NCBI GenBank assembly: GCA_964514465.1
Contig: CAZERQ010000192.1
Location: 1-61,748, forward strand
Source of the DNA: an uncultured Acidimicrobiales bacterium
GTDB taxonomy: Bacteria; Actinomycetota; Acidimicrobiia; Acidimicrobiales; Hopanoidiivorantaceae
DNA: 61,748 bases
Direction: 5' to 3'
The position numbers and the translations under genes are program-made. The notes beneath the pieces are model-generated. The model saw only the letters and a program-made list of their open reading frames with translations, did no database searches and had not been told where the DNA came from. Positions 39,491 through 49,853 of the stretch are shown piece by piece (the first letter of the stretch is position 1; each line of letters opens with the position of its first letter).

Positions 39491-39796
39491 CCATGCGGAC
39501 GAAACTCAAAAGACAGACCGGGCCCGTAAAGCGCACCGGCAGGCAAACCAAAAAGCAAGCAGCTGGGTTAGTTGTCCCTCAGCCCGGACAAACCCCTACT
39601 CCAAAAATACAACCATTAGCACGAAATCGGAAGGAAACCCCGAGATGTGCCACCTGGTTGGGGGACAACCAACCTGTCAGCAGCTTTAGCCGGCGACCGC
39701 TGGATTGCCAGGCCTGCCGAGCCCTGCATCCGTCCAGCTGCCGTGCGCTGGATCTCTAGCCACGCCGCCCCCGAAAGCCACGCCCCCGAGGTCATC

Positions 39797-40753
39797 ATGC
39801 ATCAGCCGGTCATGGTGGACGAAGTCGTCCGGATTTTTGACAGCGTTCCGAGCGGAGTGCTGGTGGATGCCACTTGCGGCGGCGGGAGGCATAGCTTGGC
39901 GATCTGGCGGCAGCGGCCCGACCTCAAGATTCTGGGATTGGACAGGGACGCAGAAGCGTTGGAACGCACGGCCCAGGCCTTCGGCAGAAGCGGCGCCGAC
40001 ATCCAACTGCGCCAGGCCGACAGCGATCAGTTGAGCCGCGAGCTGCGCCAACTCAGCATCGCCAGCATTGTCGGTTTCTTGATGGATCTGGGAGTCAGCT
40101 CGCAGCAGTTGGACACCGATGCGCGGGGCTTCAGCTTCCGCAACCCCGGGCCGCTGGACATGAGAATGGATGCCGGCAGCCAACTGAGCGCGCAGGAAGT
40201 CGTCAACGACTATGGACAAGACCGGCTGGAAGATATTCTGCGGCGCTACGGACAGGAACGCTTCGCCAAGAGGGTTGCGGAGGCCATCGTCAAACAGCGG
40301 CCGATCGCAGATACCGTCCAGCTGGCCCAGATTGTTGTTGCGGCCATCCCGGCCCGTCATCGGCGCACGGGCAAGCATCCGGCCAGGCGAAGTTTCCAGG
40401 CCATCCGCATTGAAGTCAACCGGGAGCTTGAGATGCTTGAGCGGACCATACCCCAGGCCATCGCCGCGCTGGAGGAACGCGGCCGGGGTGTTTTCATTTC
40501 GTATCATTCGGGGGAGGACATTATTGTCAAGCAGCAGCTGCGCCTAGCCGAGACAGGGGGGTGCCAGTGTCCGCCACAGTTGCCGTGCCAGTGCGGGGCG
40601 GCTCCGACTGTCAAGCTGTTGCATCGCAAGGCCAAGACGCCGCAGGCTGGCGAGGTGGCCAGGAACTCCCGAGCCCGCAGTGCCAAGCTGCGCAGTTTTG
40701 AAAAGCTGGATTCTGGTTCGGAGCAGCAAGCAGCGCAGGAGGACGACCGATGA
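39797..40753 (+). CDS. rsmH: 16S rRNA (cytosine1402-N4)-methyltransferase
   Basis: HQPVMVDEV, VDATCGGGRHS, FLMDLGVSSQQLD, FRNPGPLDMRMD, ISYHSGEDIIVK. Confidence 0.92.
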   Translation: MHQPVMVDEVVRIFDSVPSGVLVDATCGGGRHSLAIWRQRPDLKILGLDRDAEALERTAQAFGRSGADIQLRQADSDQLSRELRQLSIASIVGFLMDLGVSSQQLDTDARGFSFRNPGPLDMRMDAGSQLSAQEVVNDYGQDRLEDILRRYGQERFAKRVAEAIVKQRPIADTVQLAQIVVAAIPARHRRTGKHPARRSFQAIRIEVNRELEMLERTIPQAIAALEERGRGVFISYHSGEDIIVKQQLRLAETGGCQCPPQLPCQCGAAPTVKLLHRKAKTPQAGEVARNSRARSAKLRSFEKLDSGSEQQAAQEDDR

Positions 40754-41292
40754 ACCCTCCCGCCACAGCCCGTGCGGTTCGCGCCACTGCATCTCGCGCC
40801 GCCGCGCCCCGCGCTAACGCTAGGCCACAGAGCCGAAGGTTGCAGACCGCGCTGGACAACTCCAGGAGCCGTCATCCCAGCGCCAGCATAGGCCAGCGAG
40901 CAGCACCTCGCCCAGCGCCCCGCACAGCGCCCCAAACCAAACCGCGCACCCAACCGGCCGGCAAACCAAACTTGAAGCTGGCGCCCAAGTCGGGCCCGCG
41001 TTTTCGCAAGTTGTATTTCATCAGCTTTTTGACCGGGTTGATCGCGCTGGTCGGGCTGCCGTTCGCCATCGTCATCCTGCATGCTTCTTTGGTCGGCGGG
41101 CAGCGCCAACTGGATGATCTCAGGCAGGATCTGAATCAGCAGCTGGAGTTGCGCCAGGAGTTGCTGTATGAACGTTCGCAGGCGGTCTCGCCCGACAGGA
41201 TCCGATCGGTCGCCACGGAAGTGCTGGGCATGGTGGAGGCAAGCAACATCATCTATCTCCAATCGACCGGGGCTGAGACAGATGGCAACTAG
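40750..41292 (+). CDS. ftsL: FtsL-like cell division protein (Pro/Arg-rich N-tail, single TM, coiled coil)
   Basis: Sits between rsmH and ftsI. TM segment LYFISFLTGLIALVGLPFAIVILHASLV, then QRQLDDLRQDLNQQLELRQELLYE. Confidence 0.6.
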   Translation: MNPPATARAVRATASRAAAPRANARPQSRRLQTALDNSRSRHPSASIGQRAAPRPAPRTAPQTKPRTQPAGKPNLKLAPKSGPRFRKLYFISFLTGLIALVGLPFAIVILHASLVGGQRQLDDLRQDLNQQLELRQELLYERSQAVSPDRIRSVATEVLGMVEASNIIYLQSTGAETDGN

Positions 41293-43219
41293 ATCAAAGT
41301 CTCGTTCCGGTCGGGCGCGCGCCAGTTCCGCCCGCGCCAAACCGGCCCGCGCCAAGCCAGCCCGCCCCAGCCTGTCCAGCCGCCGCCGCGCATTTTTCCT
41401 GAGCTCCATTTTGGTGCTACTGGTGCCGGGGGTGATTATGTATAAGCTGGTGGACTTCCAGCTGCTGGACAACGACGAGCTCATCGCCCGGGGGCAGAAC
41501 CAGCGGATCTACACCCGCGAGCTGCCGGCGCGCCGGGGCGACATATACGACAGCAACAGCGAACTTCTGGCAACCTCGCTCATCAGCTACACCATCTGGG
41601 CCGACCCCGGACGGATAGACAACCCCGACCAGGTAGCCGCACAGCTGTCGCCCATCCTTGAGCTGCCCGCCCCGGAGCTGCATGCTAGGCTGGTGGCACA
41701 GGGAGCGTTCAGCTATTTGAAGCGCAAAGTCTCACAGCAAACCAAGGATGCAGTTGTGGATCTGGACATTGACGGCGTTGGATTCTTCAAGGAATATGCG
41801 CGCCATTATCCGGTCCGGTCGTCGGTGAATAGCTCGTTCGTGGGCTTCGTTGGGTCGGAGGAGCAGGGGCTGGCGGGTGTCGAGTTCTCGCAGAATTCAC
41901 ATCTGGACGGCACGCCTGGGCTGATCTATCTCGAGGGCGATCCCAACGGCAACCCCATTGCGCTGGGCGAGCGCAGCGAACAGCCGGCCGTGCCGGGCGC
42001 TTCGGTGTATCTGACGGTCGACAGCAGGTTCCAGTTCCAGACCGAGAAGATTCTGCTTGAGCAGGTCGAGGCGACCGGGTCGCTGTCGGGCACGGCCATT
42101 GTGTCTGAGCCGGCAACCGGACGGATTCTGTCGATGGCCACCGTGGTGAGGCGCGATGCCGAGGCCGACGGCGCTGACGGAGCCGCTGTCGCTGACGGGA
42201 ACACGGCCGACGCCGGAGCAGACGCCGACTCCGCACCAACCCACACCTATGAAATATCCAACCAGAACAGGGCAACCACCTGGACATACGAGCCAGGCTC
42301 GGCGCTCAAGCCACTCACTTTCGCCGCCATCCTCGACAGCGACACAGCCGACCCGCAAAGCGTCAGGGAGGTGCCGGCATCGCTCAGCCTGTATGACTCG
42401 CTGTTTGAGGATCACGACTGGCACCCGCCCCTGGACATGTCGGTGGCAGAAATCATGAGGGTCTCGTCAAACATCGGCACCATCTTGTGGAGCCAGGATC
42501 TGGGACAGGATCTGCTGCACGAATATCTGCTGCGCTTCGGGGTCGGAAGTCCGCTGTTGAGCGAGGAGTTGCCGGGCGAGTCGGGCGGGCAGCTGCTTGA
42601 CCTCAAGGACTGGTCGGGCACCTCGGCCGCCACCATCTCTTTGGGGCAGGGTGTGGCGCTGACCCCGCTGCAGATGCTGAACATATTCAACATCATCGCC
42701 AACGATGGCGTGATGGTCGATCCGCATCTGGTGGCCGATGTCATTGACGCCGGGGGCCAGCGGGTGGGGCCCGAGGTCAGCGGCCCGACCCAGATCGTCT
42801 CGGCCCAGACCGCCCACGAGCTGACCGACATGCTGGTCAATGTGGTCCGGGCGGGAACCGGCAAGAGCGCGGCGGTGGACAACTATCTGGTGGCAGGCAA
42901 GACCGGCACCGCCCGCAAGCCGCTGCCCACGGGAGGCTATGAGGACGAGGACGGCAACTACAGATACATCACCACTTTTGCCGGTTTTTTGCCGGCCGAT
43001 GATCCGTCTGTGTCGATCATTGTGGTGCTGGAGGAGCCGCAGAACAGCATCTATGCCAGCCAGACCGCGGCGCCGACTTTTGCGCAGCTGGCCACGGAAG
43101 CTGTCAGACATTTCCACATTCCGCCGTCGGTGGCGACGACTGTGGCGACGACGGTGGGGCCGCCTGTGACGACGGCGGGGCTGTCCACGGTGGCGGCCCA
43201 ACCGCAGGGTCAGGACTAG
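41282..43219 (+). CDS. ftsI: Penicillin-binding protein, class B (FtsI)
   Basis: TM segment FFLSSILVLLVPGVIMY, RRGDIYDSN, TWTYEPGSALKP (SxxK), SSN, GKTGTA (KTG). Start ATG 41282 overlaps the ftsL stop. Confidence 0.88.
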   Translation: MATRSKSRSGRARASSARAKPARAKPARPSLSSRRRAFFLSSILVLLVPGVIMYKLVDFQLLDNDELIARGQNQRIYTRELPARRGDIYDSNSELLATSLISYTIWADPGRIDNPDQVAAQLSPILELPAPELHARLVAQGAFSYLKRKVSQQTKDAVVDLDIDGVGFFKEYARHYPVRSSVNSSFVGFVGSEEQGLAGVEFSQNSHLDGTPGLIYLEGDPNGNPIALGERSEQPAVPGASVYLTVDSRFQFQTEKILLEQVEATGSLSGTAIVSEPATGRILSMATVVRRDAEADGADGAAVADGNTADAGADADSAPTHTYEISNQNRATTWTYEPGSALKPLTFAAILDSDTADPQSVREVPASLSLYDSLFEDHDWHPPLDMSVAEIMRVSSNIGTILWSQDLGQDLLHEYLLRFGVGSPLLSEELPGESGGQLLDLKDWSGTSAATISLGQGVALTPLQMLNIFNIIANDGVMVDPHLVADVIDAGGQRVGPEVSGPTQIVSAQTAHELTDMLVNVVRAGTGKSAAVDNYLVAGKTGTARKPLPTGGYEDEDGNYRYITTFAGFLPADDPSVSIIVVLEEPQNSIYASQTAAPTFAQLATEAVRHFHIPPSVATTVATTVGPPVTTAGLSTVAAQPQGQD

Positions 43220-43237
43220 ACACGCGAGGGAAGCGCG

Positions 43238-44764
43238 ATGGCGGACAAGCTCTCACTGAACGAACTGCTGGCTGGCGTGGACATCCCCGCCGTGGGTGCT
43301 TCCACCGCAGACGGCTCAGGCGCGGCGGATGGCTCGGGCGCAGCAGGTGATGTCGTCATCTCCAGGCTGGCATATCACAGCGACCAGGTGCGGCCCGGCG
43401 ACCTGTTTTTCTGTCTGCCCGGACAGACCCACGACGGCCACGACCACGCCAACTCCGCGAAACGAAATGGAGCCGCGGCGGTGGTGTGCGAGCGCCGGTT
43501 GGATCTGGGCATACCCGAGATACAAGTGGCCAACTCCCGCTCAGCTTTGGCCAAGCTGTCGGCGGCATTTTACGGCTGGCCGTCAAATGACATAACAGTG
43601 GTCGGCATAACCGGAACCAACGGCAAGACCAGCACCGCGGCCATGCTGGCTGAGATAATGCAGGCGGCGGGTCAAGCTGTGGCGACCATCGGCACTTTGG
43701 GCGGCATCCCCGACTCCCCGGGCGCTACCCCCGACACCACGCCAACCGCCTCGCTGACCACCCCCCAGTCGCTGGATCTGCAGCGCCAACTCCACCAAGC
43801 CAAAGAGCAGAACCGCGCGGTGGTGATGGAAGTGTCCTCGCACGCCATTGTCCAGCACCGCATCGACAGCATCGAATTCGACGTCTGCGGCTTCACCAAC
43901 CTGAGCCCCGAACACCTCGACTACCACTCGGGCATGGAGCAATACTTCTGTGCCAAGCAGTCCCTGTTCGCGCCCGAGCACACCCAGCGAGCGGTGATCT
44001 GCGTTGACGATGAATATGGCCGGCGGCTGATTGACGGACTGCCCAGGCAAATCCAAGCCACCGCCTGCACAATAGAGGACGTGACCATCGTCAGCCAATC
44101 CCTGCAGGGCAGCCAAATCAAGCTGGCGGGCCAGGACGTCTGGTTGCCGGTGCCGTCTCGGTTTGCGGTTGCCAACGCCAACCTGGCTGCCGGTCTGGCC
44201 AAGCAGTTGGGCTTCGGCGGGCAGGCCATCAAGTCCGGGCTGGAGCAGGTCTCGCCGATTGCGGGCCGCTTTGAGGTGGTGTGGCGAGAGCCCGTGGCGG
44301 TGGTGGTCGACTATGCCCACACGCCCCGGGCGCTCGAACATGCGCTGGTGTCTGCACGGGAGCTGGCGGCGGGGGGCAAGGTGCATGTGGTGTTCGGATG
44401 CGGGGGCGAACGCGACACCTCCAAGCGACCGGAGATGGGGCGCATTGCGGCGCAGCTGGCCGACCACATCTGTCTGACCAACGACAATCCCCGGGGCGAG
44501 GATCCGCAAAGCATCATCAAACAAATCCTGGCGGGGATTGAGGGCGCGCCCGGCCAGCAGCCACAAGTCGAACCCGACCGCCGTCTGGCAATTGCCCTGG
44601 CACTAAAGTCGGCCGACCCCGGTGACTTGGTGCTGGTGGCAGGCAAGGGTCACGAACAGACACAGATCACAGCCGCCGGCACACAGCCGTTTGACGACCG
44701 TCAGACAGCCCGGGAGCTAGCGCAAGAAATATTGCCAGAAGGCCCAGCGGAGGCGCCGGCATGA
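43238..44764 (+). CDS. murE: UDP-N-acetylmuramoyl-L-alanyl-D-glutamate--2,6-diaminopimelate ligase
   Basis: VGITGTNGKTSTAAML, VMEVSSHA, DYAHTPRALE, DNPRGEDP. Confidence 0.92.
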   Translation: MADKLSLNELLAGVDIPAVGASTADGSGAADGSGAAGDVVISRLAYHSDQVRPGDLFFCLPGQTHDGHDHANSAKRNGAAAVVCERRLDLGIPEIQVANSRSALAKLSAAFYGWPSNDITVVGITGTNGKTSTAAMLAEIMQAAGQAVATIGTLGGIPDSPGATPDTTPTASLTTPQSLDLQRQLHQAKEQNRAVVMEVSSHAIVQHRIDSIEFDVCGFTNLSPEHLDYHSGMEQYFCAKQSLFAPEHTQRAVICVDDEYGRRLIDGLPRQIQATACTIEDVTIVSQSLQGSQIKLAGQDVWLPVPSRFAVANANLAAGLAKQLGFGGQAIKSGLEQVSPIAGRFEVVWREPVAVVVDYAHTPRALEHALVSARELAAGGKVHVVFGCGGERDTSKRPEMGRIAAQLADHICLTNDNPRGEDPQSIIKQILAGIEGAPGQQPQVEPDRRLAIALALKSADPGDLVLVAGKGHEQTQITAAGTQPFDDRQTARELAQEILPEGPAEAPA

Positions 44765-45807
44765 TCAGGCTGCTCATCGCCCTGGCAGTGGGCTTCATCT
44801 CGTCCGTCATCTTGACCCGGGTGCTCATCTTCGCCCTGCGCCGGCTCAACATCGGCCAGCCCATCGGCGAGGACGCCCCCGACCGCCACAGCACCAAGAC
44901 CGGCACCCCGACCATGGGCGGTCTGGCGATCGTGGCCGGCGGCACACTGGGCTATGTCCTGAGCCATTCGTATCACGGCATCTACACCAACACCGGTCTG
45001 CTGATTGTGGCATCCATCCTGCTGGCCGCGGGGGTGGGTTTTTTGGACGACCACCTCAAGGTGTCGCGCGAGCACAATGTGGGGCTCAACCGTCGTGCCA
45101 AATTCCTGGGCCTGATCGCGGTGGGGGTGTTCTTCAGCCTGGGGAGCCTGGCGTGGTCAGACCCGCACACCACCTTGTCGTTCATCCGCTTCGACTCGCC
45201 CGGCTGGGAGCTGGGCAGCTGGGGCTGGGCGGCGCTGGCGATTTTGTTGATCGTCTCGGCCGGCAACGCGGTCAACCTGACCGACGGACTGGACGGACTG
45301 ACGGCCGGTTCCTCGGCGTTCAGCCTGGGCGCCTATGTGCTGATCTGTTTTTGGCTGTTCCGCGAGGAGAGCATCTATCAGGTGCCGCACGCGCTGGACA
45401 TGGCTGTCATCGCCGCGGCCTTCGCGGGCGGCTGCGTGGGATTCCTGTGGTGGAACGCGCATCCCGCACACATCTTCATGGGCGACACCGGCTCGCTGGC
45501 GCTGGGCACGGGCTTGGCTTGTCTGGCGTTGGCCAGCAGCACGCAGCTGTTGCTGCCCATCATCGCCGGGCTGTATGTGGTGGAGACCCTGTCGGTGATC
45601 GTCCAGGTGGCCGTCTTCAAGATCACCAAGACTGCCTCGGGAGTTGGCAAGCGGGTGTTCAAGATGGCGCCGATCCACCATCACTTCGAGTTGGTGGGCT
45701 GGGAGGAGACCTGGGTGATTGTCCGCTTTTGGATCTTTGCCATCTTGTTCATCGCGGTGGGGCTGGGGCTGTTCTATGCCGACTACATCACCATCACCGA
45801 TCTCTAG
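44761..45807 (+). CDS. mraY: Phospho-N-acetylmuramoyl-pentapeptide transferase
   Basis: HSTKTGTPTMGG, NAVNLTDGLDGL, IFMGDTGSLALG, APIHHHFE. ATGA overlap with murE. Confidence 0.95.
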   Translation: MIRLLIALAVGFISSVILTRVLIFALRRLNIGQPIGEDAPDRHSTKTGTPTMGGLAIVAGGTLGYVLSHSYHGIYTNTGLLIVASILLAAGVGFLDDHLKVSREHNVGLNRRAKFLGLIAVGVFFSLGSLAWSDPHTTLSFIRFDSPGWELGSWGWAALAILLIVSAGNAVNLTDGLDGLTAGSSAFSLGAYVLICFWLFREESIYQVPHALDMAVIAAAFAGGCVGFLWWNAHPAHIFMGDTGSLALGTGLACLALASSTQLLLPIIAGLYVVETLSVIVQVAVFKITKTASGVGKRVFKMAPIHHHFELVGWEETWVIVRFWIFAILFIAVGLGLFYADYITITDL

Positions 45808-45815
45808 GAGCTGAG

Positions 45816-47306
45816 ATGACGAGTTTTTTGCTGGTTGGTTTTGGGCGGTCAAATCAGGCTTTGGCCAGGGCGCTGCTGGATCTGGGCGCGGACGTCTGTG
45901 TGTTTGACGATCGGCCTGGCGCCGGTGCTGGAGCGACTGCCGCTGCTGGAGCAACTGGTCCCGACGCCAAGACTGCCGCTGACGCCAAGACTGCCGCTGA
46001 CGCCAAGACCGCCGCCCAAAATCTTGGCGTGGAGTTGCATTCCGAAGCCGGCCGGCTCGGGGCGCTGGTTGAGCGATGTGAATATGTGATACCGACACCG
46101 GGGCTGCCCGACTCGCACCGGTTGTTTGAGATCAATGCGGAGGGCAGCAGCATACGCGACAAGTTGCTGAGCGAGCTGGACGTTTTCGCCGCCCACGACC
46201 CGCGGCCCTATGTGGCCATCACCGGCACCAACGGCAAGACGACAGTTACCCATTTGGTTCAAAAAATGCTGGAGCGAAGCGGGATTGCTGTGGTGGCTGC
46301 CGGCAACGCCGACCCGATTGGCGTTCCGTTGGGCGACGCCCTGGCCTACCGGCGCCGCGAAACCGCGACTGGCCAGCCCGCAGATGCTCTGTCTAGCCCG
46401 CCTGCCGAACTGGTCGTCATCGAGGTCTCGTCATTCCAGCTCCGATTTGCCCGGGCCTTTGCTCCTTCCGTGGCGGCGTGGCTGAATTTCGCCCCCGACC
46501 ATCTGGACGTGCATGCCTCACTGCTGGACTATGAAACCAGCAAGTCAAAGATCTGGCAGCACTTGGCCAGCCAACGCCCCGCCGACGATTTTGTGGCGGT
46601 GGCCAACTTCGATGACGATACGGTGATGGGACATCTGCCGTCCGAGGTCAGCGCACTCAAGTTTTCGCACCGCCAAGACCAGGACAACGGGACCAGCGCG
46701 GCTGAGTTTGCTCTGCGAGGCAACTTCCTGACCGCATTTGGCGAACCCTTCGTGGATGTCCAACAGATGCCTAGACGCCAGCCCCACGACATATCCAACG
46801 CGCTGGCAGCCGCGGCGGTGGCCACGGCGGCCGGTGCCAGCCTAGAAGCGGCGGCCGAAGTGCTGCGGGAGTTCGCTGGGCTGAAGCACCGTCTGAACCT
46901 GATCGCCACTGCCGGTGGCATCGAGTTCTATGACGACTCAAAGTCCACCTCTCCGCATTCGGTCATATCCGCGGTGGATGGCTTCGCCTCGGTGGTGCTG
47001 ATTGCGGGCGGGCAGAACAAGGGGCTGGATCTGTCGCCGATGGCGAATATAAGCGACAAACTGCGCGCAGTTGTGACGCTGGGGGAGACGGCAGGTGATC
47101 TGGAGCAGATCTTTGCGGGACAGAGCTTGGTGGTGTCGGCAGATGATATGGCCGCGGCGGTGTCGCAGGCGCAGGAGCTGGCCGAACCGGGCGATGTGGT
47201 GTTGCTGTCGCCGGGGTGCGCGTCGTTTGATATGTTTGAGTCATATAAGCAGCGCGGCGAGGATTTTGTGGCGCAGGTCGAGCGGATCACAGGAGGCGGG
47301 CAATGA
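45816..47306 (+). CDS. murD: UDP-N-acetylmuramoylalanine--D-glutamate ligase
   Basis: ITGTNGKTTVTHL, EVSSFQL, NFAPDHLD, DDSKSTSPHS. AGGAG Shine-Dalgarno before ATG 45816. The listed 45153 start overlaps mraY. Confidence 0.9.
   Translation: MTSFLLVGFGRSNQALARALLDLGADVCVFDDRPGAGAGATAAAGATGPDAKTAADAKTAADAKTAAQNLGVELHSEAGRLGALVERCEYVIPTPGLPDSHRLFEINAEGSSIRDKLLSELDVFAAHDPRPYVAITGTNGKTTVTHLVQKMLERSGIAVVAAGNADPIGVPLGDALAYRRRETATGQPADALSSPPAELVVIEVSSFQLRFARAFAPSVAAWLNFAPDHLDVHASLLDYETSKSKIWQHLASQRPADDFVAVANFDDDTVMGHLPSEVSALKFSHRQDQDNGTSAAEFALRGNFLTAFGEPFVDVQQMPRRQPHDISNALAAAAVATAAGASLEAAAEVLREFAGLKHRLNLIATAGGIEFYDDSKSTSPHSVISAVDGFASVVLIAGGQNKGLDLSPMANISDKLRAVVTLGETAGDLEQIFAGQSLVVSADDMAAAVSQAQELAEPGDVVLLSPGCASFDMFESYKQRGEDFVAQVERITGGGQ
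45963..46016 (+). repeat. 3 x 18-nt in-frame tandem repeat inside murD
   Basis: gacgccaagactgccgct x2, then gacgccaagaccgccgcc, encoding DAKTAA x3. Confidence 0.92.
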
Positions 47307-48628
47307 CGCCGACAGCAGCCCCGCCAGCCACCCGAACAGGCGCTACGACATTGCGCCGCGCGCCCAGCCGCAAGGTGGCCAAATCGCAAGCCAGGCATCC
47401 CTCAAGTGTGGTCGCCCGTCCCGCGCCGAGCCGTGCGGTCAGGCCCTCGTCTGCCGTCAAGTCCGCCCGCCCTGCAACCAAGTCCGCCCGTCCCGCAACC
47501 AAGTCCGCGGCACCCACTCGCAAAACCGCCCCGCCACGCTATGGGCTGGTCGTGCTGCTGGCGCTCATAGTCGCCGCATTCAGCCTGGTGGGTTTGTTGA
47601 TGGTGCTGTCATCGGCCATGGTGCTGGACTACGACAGCCAAGGATCCGCCTGGTTCCACTTCCGCAAGCAACTGATTTGGATGGGCGTGGGCTTGGTGTC
47701 GATGATCGTGGTGTCGCTGATCGACTACCGCAGATGGGCCCGGCTGGCAACGCCCATGCTGGTGGTCTCGCTGGGGCTGCTGGGTCTGGTGCTGGTGCCC
47801 GGCGTGGGCGTGACGGTCAACGGCGCCACCCGCTGGCTGCAGCTTGGGCCGCTGGTGTTCCAACCGTCAGAGATAGCCAAGTTCGCGCTGGTGGTCTGGC
47901 TGGCACGCTTCCTGGCGCTGCGCCACGACAAGATCGACCAAGCCCGTCTGAGTGTCCGTCCGGCCATTTTGCTGCTGTCACTGATGGCGCTTTTGATCCT
48001 GGGCCAACCCAGCCTGGGCAGCACCATCGTCATAGCCACCATTGCCTTCGCCATGCTGCTGATCGCCGGCAGCCCGATCGGGTCGCTGATGCGCTGGGGC
48101 GCGCTGGGAGCCGCGGGCGTGGTTGCGCTGTCCTATAGTGCCGACTATCGCCGCCAGCGCCTGACCGCTTTCTTTGACCCCTGGGACGACCCCTTCGGCA
48201 CCGACTACCAGGCCATCCAGTCGATGGTCAGCATCGCATCGGGCGGAGTGAACGGCGTGGGGCTGGGTGCCGGGCGAGCCAAATGGGGATACCTGCCCTA
48301 TTCGCACACCGACTTCATCTTCTCCGTCATCGCCGAGGAACTGGGCTTTGTGGGGGCGGCGGCCACTGTGTGCCTGTTCATGCTGTTGGGCGGCGTGGGA
48401 ATGTATGTCGCCATGAACGCCCCCAGCAACTTCGCCATGCTGTTGACAGTCGGGTTCACGGTCTGGATCGTGGGGCAGTTCTTCATCAATGTTTGCGCGG
48501 CGGTGGTGCTGTTGCCGATCACGGGGCTGCCCATTCCGTTCCTGTCGTTCGGGGGCTCGGCGCTGGTGCTGAACATGGCCGCCATGGGTGCCATCATGAA
48601 CATAGCCAAGCAGTGCCGAAAGGACTAG
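47303..48628 (+). CDS. ftsW: Peptidoglycan glycosyltransferase FtsW (SEDS family)
   Basis: Multi-TM. RWLQLGPLVFQPSEIAKFALV, HTDFIFSVIAEELGFVG, GLPIPFLSFGGSA. Confidence 0.92.
   Translation: MTPTAAPPATRTGATTLRRAPSRKVAKSQARHPSSVVARPAPSRAVRPSSAVKSARPATKSARPATKSAAPTRKTAPPRYGLVVLLALIVAAFSLVGLLMVLSSAMVLDYDSQGSAWFHFRKQLIWMGVGLVSMIVVSLIDYRRWARLATPMLVVSLGLLGLVLVPGVGVTVNGATRWLQLGPLVFQPSEIAKFALVVWLARFLALRHDKIDQARLSVRPAILLLSLMALLILGQPSLGSTIVIATIAFAMLLIAGSPIGSLMRWGALGAAGVVALSYSADYRRQRLTAFFDPWDDPFGTDYQAIQSMVSIASGGVNGVGLGAGRAKWGYLPYSHTDFIFSVIAEELGFVGAAATVCLFMLLGGVGMYVAMNAPSNFAMLLTVGFTVWIVGQFFINVCAAVVLLPITGLPIPFLSFGGSALVLNMAAMGAIMNIAKQCRKD
47459..47521 (+). repeat. 3 x 21-nt in-frame tandem repeat in the ftsW N-terminal tail
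   Basis: aagtccgcccgccctgcaacc / aagtccgcccgtcccgcaacc / aagtccgcggcacccactcgc, encoding KSARPAT KSARPAT KSAAPTR. Confidence 0.9.
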
Positions 48629-48633
48629 GTTCG

Positions 48634-49848
48634 GTGGCCAGCAGGCGACAGGCGCGACAGGCACGACAATCTGGCTCCGGGCGCGACAGATGCTGGGCGG
48701 TGATCGCAGCCAGCGGCACAGCCGGCCATGTGTATCCTGGGATCGCCGTTGCTCAGGTGTTGCGCGAGCGCGGACTGGATTGCCATTTCGCGTTGTCCAA
48801 GACAGGTGTGGGTGCCGACGGCGTGAGGCAGGCCGGCTTTGACGTCACGCTGGTGTTCGGACGGGGGATAAGACGCAGCCTGCGGCCCGGGGCGATCTGG
48901 GCAAATCTGGGCGCGGTGGTCAAACTGGTGCTGGGGAGCTGGCAGTTGTTCGTTCTGCTGGGGCGGCGGAGGCCCCGGGTGGTGCTGGCCATGGGAGGAT
49001 ATGTGGGTTTGATGGCGGCGGCGGCGGCGTTCGTGTGGCGCATTCGGATTGTTACTGCCGAGCAGAATTGTGTGGCGGGTCTGGCCAACAGTTTGTCGGC
49101 GCGCCTGTCGGTGGCATCGGCGGTGGCTTTCGCGGACACGGATCTGCCGCGGGCTGTGCATACCGGCAACCCCGTGCGCCCGGAGATTGTGGCCGCCGGT
49201 CAGAGTGGTGTTGCCGCCCGCTCGGATTCTGTTTCTGCCTCGCGCCAGGATTGCGTCAAGGTCACGATCATGGGTGGCTCGCTGGGAGCTGGCTGCATTA
49301 ATATAGCCACCGCGGAAATGCTTGAGTTGGCCAGCACGTCAAAATCTGACCCAAAGCTTGACATATTCCACATCGTCGGTCAGCGTCAATGGGAAGACTA
49401 CCGGCACCTGCAAGAGCAAGCCCGACCCGCCGAAGCCCAAACCCGACCCGCCGAAGCCAGCCACAACCCGATCAACTATAGCTCCGTTCCGTTCGCCGAC
49501 AACATGGCAGAGATTTTGTCGGCCAGCCTAATCGTGGTGGGGCGAGCCGGGGCGGGCACGATTGCTGAGTTGGCGGTGCTGGGCCTGCCATCCATTCTGG
49601 TTCCGCTCAAGGGTGCGCCCCGTGACCACCAGAGCGCCAATGCCCGGAAGTTGGAGCAGGCGGGGGCTGCCGTATGCATAGGTGAAGCTGACTTCACCGG
49701 CGCCCGACTGCTGGAAGAGCTACAGAGATTGGCGGGTGATTCCCAACGTCTGCGCCAGATGTCGGCGGCTGCTGCGGGACTGGCCATACCCGAGGCGGCG
49801 CAAAATCTAGCAGAACTGCTGGTGGCCCACGCAAAAAAGGCAAAATAG
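48634..49848 (+). CDS. murG: UDP-N-acetylglucosamine--N-acetylmuramyl-(pentapeptide) pyrophosphoryl-undecaprenol N-acetylglucosamine transferase
   Basis: ASGTAGHVYPGIAVAQ (variant of the GGTGGH loop), GRAGAGTIAELAVLGLPSILVP, HQSANA. Start is GTG 48634 or GTG 48700. The listed 48283 start overlaps ftsW. Confidence 0.85.
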   Translation: MASRRQARQARQSGSGRDRCWAVIAASGTAGHVYPGIAVAQVLRERGLDCHFALSKTGVGADGVRQAGFDVTLVFGRGIRRSLRPGAIWANLGAVVKLVLGSWQLFVLLGRRRPRVVLAMGGYVGLMAAAAAFVWRIRIVTAEQNCVAGLANSLSARLSVASAVAFADTDLPRAVHTGNPVRPEIVAAGQSGVAARSDSVSASRQDCVKVTIMGGSLGAGCINIATAEMLELASTSKSDPKLDIFHIVGQRQWEDYRHLQEQARPAEAQTRPAEASHNPINYSSVPFADNMAEILSASLIVVGRAGAGTIAELAVLGLPSILVPLKGAPRDHQSANARKLEQAGAAVCIGEADFTGARLLEELQRLAGDSQRLRQMSAAAAGLAIPEAAQNLAELLVAHAKKAK

Positions 49849-49853
49849 GAATT

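Noticed and set aside
45153-45815. Listed 5-prime extension of the murD ORF (also 48283-48633 for murG and 41168-41281 for ftsI)
   Set aside because: These run through the preceding, well-supported gene in a different frame. Proper starts with Shine-Dalgarno or ATGA coupling exist just after the upstream stops.
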